A DNA stretch of 52,081 nt from Akkermansia muciniphila (GCA_945874745.1 CAMCIN010000001.1:1-52081); one strand, 5' to 3'. Counted from the stretch's first letter, positions 1-9,212 are shown. Numbers and translations are program-made. The notes: a model not told the origin generated them from the sequence alone.

Positions 1-3000
1 AGATTGATGTTGCTTTGAAAGTCCACATCCCCCGGGGCATTGGCGGCATTGAGCATCAGGGTGCTACCGGCAAAGGCGCCGGAACCCATCGTCAGCGTGC
101 CGCCGAGGTTGACGTTGAGGTGCGTCGCCGAGGCAGCGAACCCGCCGCCGCTAGAGCCGAACTGAATCTGGCCCGGTTCCGTGCCGAGTGTGCGGGTAAA
201 GGTGCCGTCGCTTTGGAACATCCCTCCGCTGAGGGTGAGGTTGCTGGTGGAGGGCAGGCCGATGCCGTCCTGCGCCTGGAGCACACCTCCAGCTACAGTC
301 GTGGACCCCGTGTAAGTGTTACTCCCAGTTAGCAACCACTGACCCGTTCCCAACTTGTGGACCCATAGCGCGTTGGCACCGTTATCGGTGAGTTTCAGAG
401 CGATTTCATTATCGCCTGTCGAGTTTCCAGAAAGATACAGGGTTCTGACTCCACTCCCCGCGAAAGCAACCGACCCGGTGTTGGAAAAAACAAGCGCCGC
501 GTTGTTTTGAACGCCAGTAGCGAGGGCGTTGTTTCCGTAATTACCCGACGAATCGATGGTTGCGTTGCCAGCCAACGTAAAGAGTCGGTCGGTGGCGACC
601 GAAGGCGTCTGGCTAAACTGAACGAAGCTTGAATCAGACCCGGTGTATTTAAGAACGCCTCCATTGAAGACCAGGTTGGCGGCGGCATTTGAGGAGGCGC
701 CAATGGAGCTGGGCAGGCCGCCATTGGCGAGGGTGTTGACGGCCAGGGTGGCGCCGCCGCTGAGGATGGTGGCGCCGGTGTAGGTGTTCAGGCCGGTCAG
801 ATATTGCGTGCCGCTGGCTCCGTTGCGGATGACGGTGAGCGGAGCAACGCCATTTTGAACGACGCCCGAAAAGACGGCAGTCCCGGTAGAAGCGCTAGTG
901 CCCAAAGAGACCGACGCGGCCACAGTGCCGGAATTATCCAGGCTGCCTGCCCCCGACAGCACTCCCAGCGGTTGGATCGGCGAGGAAGGCCCGCCGGTAT
1001 ACAGGGGACCCGAGACGCCCATGCCGTTTAGGTCCAACAGCGCATTCTGCCTGACGGTGACGATCGTGGTCGCACCAGCAATTCCCAAACGGGCAGTGCC
1101 GGAGGCGAGTCTGAGCGTGCCCCCATTGATGGTGGTGTGTCCCGTGTAGGTGTTGGCGGCTGAAAGAACGAGGAGTCCGTCGCCGGACTTGGTGAGCGAT
1201 GCTGAACCGGAGCCAATCATGGAGCTGATGGTCAACGCGTTGGCGGGGTTCGTTCCGTTGACCGTGGCGATGAGTTCCGAGCCGGCGGCTCCAAGAGTGG
1301 CGCCAGTGATGGTCATTGCGCCTGCTGAGTTATCAAACAAGAGCCCGCCGGAGGTCAGCGAAAGCTGTCCGCCGAGGGTAAGTGTCCCTGCACCCGTCAG
1401 CTTGAGGGCGTTCGCTGCGAGAGAGTCGGTGGTGACGGTCCCACCCGTGAGGAGGTAGTTGGCAGTGGCGCTCCCCCCCGAGATGGGCATGGGAACGTAA
1501 GCGACTGCGGTCAATGTGCCTCCTGCGAGTGTGCCCGCAAAGTCGACTCCGTGGAGGGTCGCCCAACCGCCTAGGATGCCGTTGGTTGGGTTCAGCGAAT
1601 TGAAGCGAAGCGTGCCGAGTCCCGGCTGAAAATCCACGGTGGCGCCGGCGGAACGCGTTCCAAGCCCCGTGAAGGTGAACGTGCCGCCGTTGGTGAGCGC
1701 GACGGAGGCTGCTCCAGCCGAGGCGGTAAGCGAACCAGCCACCTCGGTTGAAGTGCCGCCAAAGGCGAGGTACTCCAAGCGTCCGCCGGCGTTTTGCTTG
1801 CCGAAGCCGGGCGCGGTGGCGTCGGAGGTGAAGACAACGGCGCTGGAGTTGGAGAGAACATCGTTGGTCTCGGAGGTAGCCTGCAAACGCATGGTGCCCG
1901 CGGAAATGGAGAGTGGACCGGTAAAGTGAGTCAGGGAACCGAAGGTGAGGACGACGTTCGAAAGCGCACCCGTGAGATTGGAAGACAACCACAGGGTGTT
2001 GCCAACAATGGCCGTCACCGCCTGCCCGGTGGTCACGCCCGAACCGCTCACGGTCATGCCGACCGCAATGCCGGCAGTGGAGCTGACAACGAGCGTCCCC
2101 GCGTTTGAAAATCCACTCGACCCAGTGATTCCAACGGGGCCAGCAACCGTTGCGGTGGAGTCGGGGGCATAAGTCCAGATCCCCTTGTCCGTTTTGAAAA
2201 GTGACGTTGCCCCCGTGTTTTGGGTGATTCTTCCGGAAATGAAATTGGGGGCGGCGCTGTCGCCTCCGAGAACGAACGTCTTGGCCCCGGCCCCGCTTGC
2301 CGCGATGTTATTGTTGACCTGAATGGGCGTGCTTCCTGTCTGGTTTGCGAGGAGCACCGCATTGCCAGTTGTGCCGGAGAGATTCAATGTCTTTAGGAGC
2401 GTCTCTCCTTCAGTGCCGGTGAAGTTAAGGGCTCCACCGTTGAGCGAAATCGCCCCGCCCAGAGCGTTCCGAATCGCCCCGAAAGTTTGAACTTCCAGAA
2501 CTCCACCAGTCACGCTGGTGTTTCCCAGATATGTGGAGGCCGTGCCAGCGATAAGAATCCGTCCTTGGCCACTCTTTTGGAGGTAATCGACAGCAGTAGC
2601 GCTACTGGAAACCAGATTTTCAATAATCACAAATTCACCTGCCCCGGATGCCGAAAAATAGCGATTTCCCGAACCATCCCCAATCACGACCGTACCTCCC
2701 AGTACGATCGGAGCGTTGCTCGAATTGGTTAGCATGACATTGGTTCCCGCGGCGCCAGACATAGCGAACCCATAACCGTTACGTCCCATGACTGTTAAGG
2801 CAGTTGCCAGTCCAGACGTGAGGCTTCCAAACTGGATTTTTTGTCCTATGCCAAGGATGCCCAGAGCGTGATCCAAGAAAATCGAGCCGTTTGAAGAAAG
2901 TGCGAGCGACTTCCCGCCGAAAGTAGCTGCTGCGGCACTCTCTGCCCGGACCTCCATTACCGCCCCACCCGCCCCAACAAGGCTGATGGGTGCGACACTT

Positions 3001-3908
3001 TTCCCCAGCGCCCCGCCATTGGAAACACGGATAAAGCCGCTGTTTACGGTTACCTGCCCTGTGTGGGAATTGTTAGAGTTCTGCAGCCAAAGGGTGCTGG
3101 GAAGTGTTGTTGCAGCTTCCTTAGTGATCGCGTAGGCGCCGGCCACCAAACCGCTCACAATCGCGTTGCCGTTTCCACTAAAGAACCCCCCCGGGCCAAG
3201 ATTCACCGGCCCGGCTATCGTGAGATTTCCAATCCCACTCATGAGATGCGAGTATACACCCGTCCTCCCAAACTGCACGGGGCCGTCGAGTGTGACGTTG
3301 CCCAGAGTGAGCACAGCCCCGGCGCCATAATATCTGGATGCGGAGAGGCCGCGTCCATACAGAGAAAGCCCCTGTGAAATCGCGAGCGCGTCCGTGCCGG
3401 CATCGAGCAGCAGCATTCCGCCACTGAGGAAACCCCTAGCGCCATCGGTGCTCACCCCGTTGACCGTCACCATGTTGGAGGCGGCGCCCAGTTGCGAGCT
3501 GCCGTTCACCACCACCACGCCGCCATTCACCACGACATCACCGGAAAAGGTGCTCGTGCCGCCGAGCTTCAGCACGCCGTCGCCTGTTTTAAGCAGGCTC
3601 CCATAGCCCGTCATTCCGGCCTGCAGGTCCACCAAGTCGCCCAGTTTGGTGTCGATGATTTGGTTGCCAGTGAGGGTGTAGGGTTCAGCGAGGAGCAGCG
3701 TTTCGGCGCGTAAGGGCAGGCCCGTAAAGAAAAGCGCGGCCAGCGACCAGAGGGCGACGAAGCGGGTCAGCCCGGGACAAATCCGGAAAAACTCCTGGGG
3801 CGCCTGCGTTCCGAGTGCAGACGGCAGGCGGGCCCGGCGGAATCGGGAAGATCCGGCGCCTGGGCAGTCGAAAGCAGGCCTGCGGCTGGGGGGGAGCGAG
3901 CGGTCCAT
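1..3908 (-). CDS. Secreted PATR / autotransporter-associated beta-strand repeat protein, N-terminal 1,302 codons; the C-terminus lies beyond the left window edge
   Basis: This minus-strand frame has no stop from ATG 3908-3906 down to nt 3, and an in-frame TGA sits at 3920-3918. It is absent from the ORF track because no stop occurs in the window, and no listed minus ORF in 1-3952 uses this frame. My translation begins MDRSLPPSRR...FFRICPGLTRFVALWSLAALFFTGLPLRAETLLL, a signal-peptide-like hydrophobic stretch after a ~45-aa Arg-rich leader. PATR-type repeats follow, e.g. LTKSGDGLLVLSAANTYTGHTTINGGTLRL, YLTGLNTYTGATILSGGATLAV and WLLTGSNTYTGSTTVAGGVLQAQ. Confidence 0.8.
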   Translation of the reverse strand, partial: MDRSLPPSRRPAFDCPGAGSSRFRRARLPSALGTQAPQEFFRICPGLTRFVALWSLAALFFTGLPLRAETLLLAEPYTLTGNQIIDTKLGDLVDLQAGMTGYGSLLKTGDGVLKLGGTSTFSGDVVVNGGVVVVNGSSQLGAASNMVTVNGVSTDGARGFLSGGMLLLDAGTDALAISQGLSLYGRGLSASRYYGAGAVLTLGNVTLDGPVQFGRTGVYSHLMSGIGNLTIAGPVNLGPGGFFSGNGNAIVSGLVAGAYAITKEAATTLPSTLWLQNSNNSHTGQVTVNSGFIRVSNGGALGKSVAPISLVGAGGAVMEVRAESAAAATFGGKSLALSSNGSIFLDHALGILGIGQKIQFGSLTSGLATALTVMGRNGYGFAMSGAAGTNVMLTNSSNAPIVLGGTVVIGDGSGNRYFSASGAGEFVIIENLVSSSATAVDYLQKSGQGRILIAGTASTYLGNTSVTGGVLEVQTFGAIRNALGGAISLNGGALNFTGTEGETLLKTLNLSGTTGNAVLLANQTGSTPIQVNNNIAASGAGAKTFVLGGDSAAPNFISGRITQNTGATSLFKTDKGIWTYAPDSTATVAGPVGITGSSGFSNAGTLVVSSTAGIAVGMTVSGSGVTTGQAVTAIVGNTLWLSSNLTGALSNVVLTFGSLTHFTGPLSISAGTMRLQATSETNDVLSNSSAVVFTSDATAPGFGKQNAGGRLEYLAFGGTSTEVAGSLTASAGAASVALTNGGTFTFTGLGTRSAGATVDFQPGLGTLRFNSLNPTNGILGGWATLHGVDFAGTLAGGTLTAVAYVPMPISGGSATANYLLTGGTVTTDSLAANALKLTGAGTLTLGGQLSLTSGGLLFDNSAGAMTITGATLGAAGSELIATVNGTNPANALTISSMIGSGSASLTKSGDGLLVLSAANTYTGHTTINGGTLRLASGTARLGIAGATTIVTVRQNALLDLNGMGVSGPLYTGGPSSPIQPLGVLSGAGSLDNSGTVAASVSLGTSASTGTAVFSGVVQNGVAPLTVIRNGASGTQYLTGLNTYTGATILSGGATLAVNTLANGGLPSSIGASSNAAANLVFNGGVLKYTGSDSSFVQFSQTPSVATDRLFTLAGNATIDSSGNYGNNALATGVQNNAALVFSNTGSVAFAGSGVRTLYLSGNSTGDNEIALKLTDNGANALWVHKLGTGQWLLTGSNTYTGSTTVAGGVLQAQDGIGLPSTSNLTLSGGMFQSDGTFTRTLGTEPGQIQFGSSGGGFAASATHLNVNLGGTLTMGSGAFAGSTLMLNAANAPGDVDFQSNIN

Positions 3909-4224
3909 TTGAGAATATCAGGTCTCAACGACGTAAAAAACTGCGGCACCAAGACTCGCCGGTCAAAAATGCCGCCCAGCCCCGCTCCACGGGGAACGCA
4001 GCCACCGGCCGGGAAACAGGCAGAACTCCGCCGAGGACCCGCTTGCGAGGCCGCACAAGCGGCCGCGGGGGGCGGATTCCTTCATGCTGTGTCATGCCGC
4101 AATGGAAACGCATCTTACGCGACACCCAGCAGCAATCATGCCATCCACTGCCTGCTGCCTGCCGGATTTCCGGCCCCCTTTTTGCGGGTGCCCCTTCTTT
4201 GGCAGGCGCAAACGCCGGCGTGCT

Positions 4225-5037
4225 TCAGCGACTGCGCCGCCACAGCGACGCCTGGGCCACGCTCCACTGGTATTTCCGCGCATGTTCCCGGATCAAAAAC
4301 GGCAGGTCGCGAGTCGACTCCAGCTGGAAAGCCGGTTCCAGATGCGCGCGCAGTCCGTCCAAGGTGTGCCGCCGCGCGCCGTCGCCCGCCACACCTCCGA
4401 GCCAATCCTCGCGCGCTGTGTATTCCTGCATCCAGGTGTAGGGCGAGGTCACCACCAGCAGCCCTCCCGGCTGCACCAAGCCCGGAAGCCGCTCCAGACA
4501 CCGGACCGGTTCACGCAAACGGTCGATCAGGTTTGCCAGCAAAACCACCTCGAAGCGCCCCAGGTCCCCGCGCAGCGCCATGGCGTCCCCCTGCTCAAAG
4601 CGGACCCGCTCCGGGTCGACCCCGGCAGGCAAGCTGGCGCGCAGCTGCGTTCCGCACTCCCCCTCGTCGAGGCGGAAATAGTCCATTCCGCGGGTGGTGC
4701 GGACCTGCTCCGCAGCCGCGACAAACCGGTGCGAATAGTCGATTCCGATGACCTCGGTGCACAACCGGGCGAGTTCAAAGCTGGAGCGTCCCACGGCGCA
4801 CCCCAAATCGAGGGCGCGCGCCCGGGCGGGCAGGTCGGCGGCGGCCACGCATTCAGTGACGCAGCGCACCGGATAATCCAAGGCGCCTGCAGGCCCCCAG
4901 GCATAGGGCAACACCTCCTGAGCGTTACCATAGTGAAAGAGCAGGTATTCGTTCACGAGCTTGTCCGTCTCGTAGGGGTTAGCGGGGGCTCCGGGTGAAA
5001 TCTGTACGTTTGGAGTCCCTAAAGTTGCGAATGCCAT
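4225..5037 (-). CDS. Class I SAM-dependent methyltransferase, OvoA C-terminal-domain-like (putative 4-mercaptohistidine N1-methyltransferase family; subfamily tentative)
   Basis: This is ORF 4225..5088. It has the SAM-binding motif I LDLGCAVGRSSFEL, an N-terminal NPYETDKLVNEYLLFHYG motif that I recall as typical of OvoA C-terminal homologues, and GGLLVVTSPYTW. I prefer the internal ATG at 5037 (MAFATLG...) because a start at 5088 would leave only 8 bp before the divergent folP. Confidence 0.8.
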   Translation of the reverse strand: MAFATLGTPNVQISPGAPANPYETDKLVNEYLLFHYGNAQEVLPYAWGPAGALDYPVRCVTECVAAADLPARARALDLGCAVGRSSFELARLCTEVIGIDYSHRFVAAAEQVRTTRGMDYFRLDEGECGTQLRASLPAGVDPERVRFEQGDAMALRGDLGRFEVVLLANLIDRLREPVRCLERLPGLVQPGGLLVVTSPYTWMQEYTAREDWLGGVAGDGARRHTLDGLRAHLEPAFQLESTRDLPFLIREHARKYQWSVAQASLWRRSR

Positions 5038-5096
5038 GTGCCTGAGATAGACGACAGGCCCGCCCGCAGCAACGGCCCTCGTCTTCAACGTTTGAA

Positions 5097-5936
5097 ATGT
5101 TCTGGAAAGTCACCCACCGCACCCTTGATTTGAGCAAACGCGCCCTTCTTATGGGCGTGCTCAACGTCACGCCCGACTCCTTTTCGGACGGCGGCCGCTG
5201 GGGGAATGCGGAAGGGGCAATCGCCGCGGGCCTCGCCATGGCGGCCGAAGGGGTGGACCTGCTCGATGTTGGAGGGGAGTCCAGCCGGCCGGGGGCCGCG
5301 CCAGTCTCGCCCGCGGAGGAACTCCGGCGGGTGCTGCCCGTCATTGAGGCCCTTGCCGCACAATCCTCCGCCCTCATTTCCGTCGACACCAGCAAGCCCG
5401 AAGTCGCCCGCGAGGCCCTCCGGCAGGGAGCGTCCGTGGTCAACGACATCACCGGCCTCCGCCAGGCGCCGATGCGCCGCGTGCTGCTGGAATCTGGCGC
5501 CGGGGCCATCGCCATGCACATGCAGGGAAGCCCTGCTACAATGCAGGCCGCCCCCGTTTACGCCGACGTGGTTTCCGAGGTGAGCGCTTTTTTGAAGGAA
5601 AGCCTCCGCCTGTGTGTGGAGGAGGGCATTGCTCCCGAACAGCTGCTGTTTGATCCGGGCATTGGCTTCGGCAAAACCGTCCAGCACAACCTGCTTTTGT
5701 TGCGGCACCTGGAAAGCCTTCAGGCGGCAGGCCGGCCGGTGGCCCTTGGGGTGTCGCGCAAGTCGTTCCTCGGCGCCCTCACCGGCAGTCCGGCGCTCGA
5801 GGACAGGGCTTGGCCGACGGTCGCCCTGACCAGTTTCGCACGCAGCCGCGGCGCCGTGCTCATCCGCGTCCATGAGGTGAAAGCAAACGCGGAAGCCTTG
5901 CGCATGACCGAAGCCATTTTGGAGGCGTCCGAGTGA
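5097..5936 (+). CDS. folP: Dihydropteroate synthase
   Basis: 279 aa. Pterin-binding hallmarks are present: LLMGVLNVTPDSFSDGG, DLLDVGGESSRPGA, NDITGL and FDPGIGFGKT. Confidence 0.95.
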   Translation: MFWKVTHRTLDLSKRALLMGVLNVTPDSFSDGGRWGNAEGAIAAGLAMAAEGVDLLDVGGESSRPGAAPVSPAEELRRVLPVIEALAAQSSALISVDTSKPEVAREALRQGASVVNDITGLRQAPMRRVLLESGAGAIAMHMQGSPATMQAAPVYADVVSEVSAFLKESLRLCVEEGIAPEQLLFDPGIGFGKTVQHNLLLLRHLESLQAAGRPVALGVSRKSFLGALTGSPALEDRAWPTVALTSFARSRGAVLIRVHEVKANAEALRMTEAILEASE

Positions 5937-6715
5937 AGGAAGATCCCCTTCTGTTTTTTCTGAAGGCCCATTGGCGGGACGGCGTGGAGATCGCCCTCCT
6001 CTGGCTGGGGCTCCACCAGGCGTGGTGCCGTTTGCGCGACTCCCGCGGAGCGCGGATCGTGTTGGGGGTGGCGCTGGGCGCCGTTTCGGTGCTGGTGCTC
6101 TCGGAGGTGTTGCGCCTGCCGGTGCTGGACTGGCTGCTGCGTAACATGGCGGCGCTGGGGCTTTTCTCTCTGGTGGTCATTTTCCAACCGGAACTGCGCA
6201 GGGCCGCTGCAAATCTGGGCAACAACCGGCTTTTTTCCAATTCCACCCACTCTGGGGGCGGCATCGAAGTACTGGCCGACCTGACCTTCGACCTGGCCAA
6301 CCGCCAACTCGGGGCGCTGATTGCCTTGGAGCGGGACGTACCGCTGACCTCCTGGATAGAGAACGGCGTTGAGATTGACGGGCTGCTTTCGAGCGAACTG
6401 GTCGTCTCCATTTTTCACCCAAGAACCCCGCTCCACGACGGCGGCCTGATTCTGCGCAGCGACCGGGTGCTGGCGGCCGCCTGCATTTTTCCGGTCACCG
6501 ACCGGACCGACATCGACCGGAATCTGGGGCTGCGCCACCGCGCAGCGCTCGGGCTCACCGAGGAAACCGACGCCATTGTCATCGTGGTGAGCGAGGAAAC
6601 CGGGACCGTCTCCCTTTGTCACCGCGGGGAGTTGGAGCGGGGCTTTGAACCGGCCACGCTCCGGACGAGGCTTGGGGAGTTGCTGTCGGCCCTTTCAAAT
6701 GAAAAACAGGCTTAA
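5933..6715 (+). CDS. cdaA: Diadenylate cyclase (c-di-AMP synthase), CdaA type, with an N-terminal membrane region
   Basis: 260 aa. Hydrophobic N-terminal helices precede DAC-domain motifs: GALIALERD, HDGGLIL, RHRAALGLTEETDA and VVSEETGTVS. The GTG start overlaps the folP stop (GTGA at 5933-5936), which suggests translational coupling. Confidence 0.9.
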   Translation: MKEDPLLFFLKAHWRDGVEIALLWLGLHQAWCRLRDSRGARIVLGVALGAVSVLVLSEVLRLPVLDWLLRNMAALGLFSLVVIFQPELRRAAANLGNNRLFSNSTHSGGGIEVLADLTFDLANRQLGALIALERDVPLTSWIENGVEIDGLLSSELVVSIFHPRTPLHDGGLILRSDRVLAAACIFPVTDRTDIDRNLGLRHRAALGLTEETDAIVIVVSEETGTVSLCHRGELERGFEPATLRTRLGELLSALSNEKQA

Positions 6716-6845
6716 AAAGAGCGCGTTGGACAAGATTGGCACGCTACTGCTGGCGGTGGCGGTCTGGTATGTGGTCAGGCAGCGCACCGAGTTCCACCAA
6801 GGCGGGCGTCCGTCCCCCGCCCCACAGGCTCCGGCGACCCGGTAA
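6699..6845 (+). CDS. Hypothetical 48-aa single-pass membrane peptide resembling only the N-terminal anchor of YbbR/CdaR
   Basis: An internal ATG of ORF 6645..6845 gives MKNRLKKSALDKIGTLLLAVAVWYVVRQRTEFHQGGRPSPAPQAPATR. It overlaps the cdaA 3' end by 17 nt and occupies the position where CdaR normally sits. It is short, so coding status is uncertain. Confidence 0.35.
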   Translation: MKNRLKKSALDKIGTLLLAVAVWYVVRQRTEFHQGGRPSPAPQAPATR

Positions 6846-7097
6846 ACGCGGCATCTGCGCGCCCCGCGCGGCAGGGGCGTGTGCAAGGGCGAACAAGGTC
6901 CATAAACGGCTGGATCAGAGTTTTATCCACAGATGCCTCAGATTTCACAGAGAGGAAAAACCAGTCGCCGGTATCGGTAAATCTGAGTGTCAGCGGTGGC
7001 TCACTCCCCATTCCCAGGGGAGGCAGCGAGACGTTACACGCCCCGGTGCGTTCTCCTGCCTTGTCACCCCGCCCAGACCCGCCTTAAATCCGCCCCC

Positions 7098-8270
7098 ATG
7101 CAGTCCCCGGAAGCTCAGTTGGAAATTCTCAAACGCGGTTCAGCCCAGATTTTGTCCGAAGCGGAGCTTTTGAAAAAGCTGCGCACCGGCAAACCGCTCA
7201 ACATTAAACTCGGCGTCGATCCCACCGCCCCAGACATCCATCTCGGCTTCACGGTGTGCCTGCAAAAGCTCCGGCAGTTTCAGGATCTGGGACACCAGGC
7301 GATCCTCATCATCGGCGACTTTACCGCCATGATTGGTGATCCCTCCGGCCGCTCCAAAACGCGGCCGCAACTTTCCCATGACACGATCATGGAAAACGCC
7401 CGCAGCTTTCAGCAGCAGGCCTTCAAAATTCTGGATCCCACTCGGACGCGAACCGTCTTCAACGGGGAGTGGTTTGAGGTGATGAATTTTGAACAAATCA
7501 TCAGGCTCAACAGCCGCGTGACGCTCCAGCAGATGCTCCACCGCGAGGACTTCAGGTCCCGGATCGAGCGGGGCGACTCCGTGCGCCTGCACGAAATCCA
7601 ATACCCCATCATCCAGGGGTGGGACTCGGTGATGGTCAAGGCGGACGTGGAAATGGGCGGCACCGACCAGCTGTTCAACATTCTGGTGGGGCGCGATTTG
7701 CAGCGGGAGGAGGGCATGCCCGAGCAGGTGGTGTTTTTGATGCCACTCCTCGAGGGGCTCGACGGGGTGCAGAAGATGTCCAAGAGCCTCAACAACTACG
7801 TGGGGGTGACCGAGGCTCCGTCGGAAATGTTCGGCAAGCTCATGAGCATCTCCGACGCGCTCATGGCCCGCTACTACCTGCTGCTCCTCGGCGAGGAACT
7901 GCCCGCCGGCCATCCCATGGACGCCAAGAAGGAACTCGCCCGCCGCCTGGTCGCTCGGTACCACTCCGAGGCAGACGCGCAGGCGGCACTCGCCGAGTTC
8001 AACACCCGTTTCTCCAAACGCGACCTCGAAAGCGCCGAACTCCCGCTCGTGCCGCTCGGCTCGCTGGGGACGGACATCGTCTCCGCAGTCGTGGCCTCCT
8101 ACGCCACCGGGTTCCAACTCACCAAATCCCGCGGCGACGCACGCCGGCTTGTCGAGCAGGGCAGCGTCCAGTGGCGCTCCGAAAAAATGACGGATCCCAA
8201 GGCCACCCCGGCCTTCGCCGCCGGCGATGTGTTGCGGCTGGATAAAACGCGGGCCGTCCGTTTGAGCTGA
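7098..8270 (+). CDS. tyrS: Tyrosine--tRNA ligase (short form with C-terminal S4-like domain)
   Basis: This is ORF 6987..8270. It has a HIGH-like motif (DPTAPDIHLGF), KMSKS, and a C-terminal S4-like region (SRGDARRLVEQGSV). I prefer the ATG at 7098 (MQSPEAQLEILKRG) because the upstream 37 codons are not TyrRS-like. Confidence 0.92.
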   Translation: MQSPEAQLEILKRGSAQILSEAELLKKLRTGKPLNIKLGVDPTAPDIHLGFTVCLQKLRQFQDLGHQAILIIGDFTAMIGDPSGRSKTRPQLSHDTIMENARSFQQQAFKILDPTRTRTVFNGEWFEVMNFEQIIRLNSRVTLQQMLHREDFRSRIERGDSVRLHEIQYPIIQGWDSVMVKADVEMGGTDQLFNILVGRDLQREEGMPEQVVFLMPLLEGLDGVQKMSKSLNNYVGVTEAPSEMFGKLMSISDALMARYYLLLLGEELPAGHPMDAKKELARRLVARYHSEADAQAALAEFNTRFSKRDLESAELPLVPLGSLGTDIVSAVVASYATGFQLTKSRGDARRLVEQGSVQWRSEKMTDPKATPAFAAGDVLRLDKTRAVRLS

Positions 8271-8288
8271 GCCACAGGGGGACTGGCC

Positions 8289-9212
8289 TCAGCCATGAAG
8301 GCTCGCCCAGACCCACGCGCCGGCGAGCCAGAGCACCGCGCACGCGCCGCAGGCCAGTTGCAGCGGAGCGGCGGCGCGGGCCGGCCGAAGCACGCTCACT
8401 CCAAAGCCCAAAGGCAGGCCGGCGGCGAAACCCCACAGGTGCGCCATCACGTCGACCGAGGCCTTTCCCTCGCCGGCGCCTAGGAACGCCAGCAGCGAGA
8501 GCCCAGCCCCCAGCGGCAACATCCACTTCCACCAGGAGCGCCCTGCCCGGCGCCGCAACAGCAACCACAGGGCATCGCCGACCAGAAGGCCAAGCGCGCC
8601 AAAAACCGCGGTCGAGGCGCCGAGGCTCCGGTGGTCCTGTGGCCAGTAGGAAAGCGCCGTGAGCGCGTTCCCCGCGGCTCCCGCGGCCAGCACCGCAAGC
8701 CAGGTCACTCCCTGTCCGAAGGCCGGGACCAGCAACGCACCAAAAAGCAGCCCAACCCAAACGTTGGCCAGCACATGCGGCACATCCCCGTGCAAGGTGA
8801 GCGCCGTGAGCACGCGCCACCACTGCCCTTGCCCGACCACCTTTTCTGCGGACAAGATTCCCAACTCCCGCCAGGAAGGGCCGCGCTCGGCCTGCAGCAC
8901 GGCTCCAGCCACCGCCACAAGCGCCACGAGCGGCAGGGACCAGAAACTCAGGGGCAACGGCGACTCGTCCGGAGGGGGAACATCCGTGTTTTTCAATTCT
9001 GCCTCGTAGGCCTGCAGCTCCTCGAGGGCGGCAGGCGCGTCCAAGGCGGCGACGCGGAGCAGCCAGGTATTCCCCTCGCGCCCAATCGAGTGGGTGATGC
9101 CCCGCGCAGAAAGGGCGAGTCCGCGCTCCCGTGCCTCCTTGAGGCGCACGTACTGCGCGATGTCCACGATAAGGGGGAGGGAAGGATCAGGCTCCAAAGT
9201 GCACGGAGGCAT
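8289..9212 (-). CDS. Rhomboid family intramembrane serine protease with a ~90-aa cytoplasmic N-terminal domain
   Basis: 307 aa. Rhomboid motifs are present: WWRVLTALTLHGDVPHVLANV (HxxxN), GASTAVFG (catalytic Ser) and AHLWGFAAG (catalytic His). There are multiple TM helices. Confidence 0.88.
   Translation of the reverse strand: MPPCTLEPDPSLPLIVDIAQYVRLKEARERGLALSARGITHSIGREGNTWLLRVAALDAPAALEELQAYEAELKNTDVPPPDESPLPLSFWSLPLVALVAVAGAVLQAERGPSWRELGILSAEKVVGQGQWWRVLTALTLHGDVPHVLANVWVGLLFGALLVPAFGQGVTWLAVLAAGAAGNALTALSYWPQDHRSLGASTAVFGALGLLVGDALWLLLRRRAGRSWWKWMLPLGAGLSLLAFLGAGEGKASVDVMAHLWGFAAGLPLGFGVSVLRPARAAAPLQLACGACAVLWLAGAWVWASLHG

Noticed and set aside
15-3713. Short ORFs listed in 1-3950 on both strands (e.g. 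1333..1992 minus, 219 aa; 1150..1458 plus).
   Set aside because: All lie in frames other than the fully open minus-strand frame that encodes PATR repeats. Their compositions are Arg/His/Pro-rich and not protein-like.
3815-4998. Overlapping plus-strand ORFs 3815..4441 (208 aa), 3909..4751 (280 aa) and 4084..4998 (304 aa).
   Set aside because: They are extremely Pro/Arg/Ala-rich, mutually overlapping, and antisense to the well-supported methyltransferase gene. They are GC-frame artefacts.
5085-6622. Minus-strand ORFs 5085..5873 (262 aa) and 5720..6622 (300 aa).
   Set aside because: They are antisense to folP and cdaA, which carry unambiguous family motifs. No motifs of their own are present.
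6846-7097. Possible T-box or other leader upstream of tyrS (a 9-bp inverted repeat at 6937-6987).
   Set aside because: No T-box consensus or specifier/antiterminator arrangement is recognisable. A single hairpin is insufficient, so it is mentioned only in connection with the 12004-12076 repeat.
7140-8117. Minus-strand ORF of 325 aa antisense to tyrS, and plus-strand 7619..8245 off-frame.
   Set aside because: tyrS has HIGH-like and KMSKS motifs in its frame. The alternatives are Gly/Arg/His-rich with no recognisable features.
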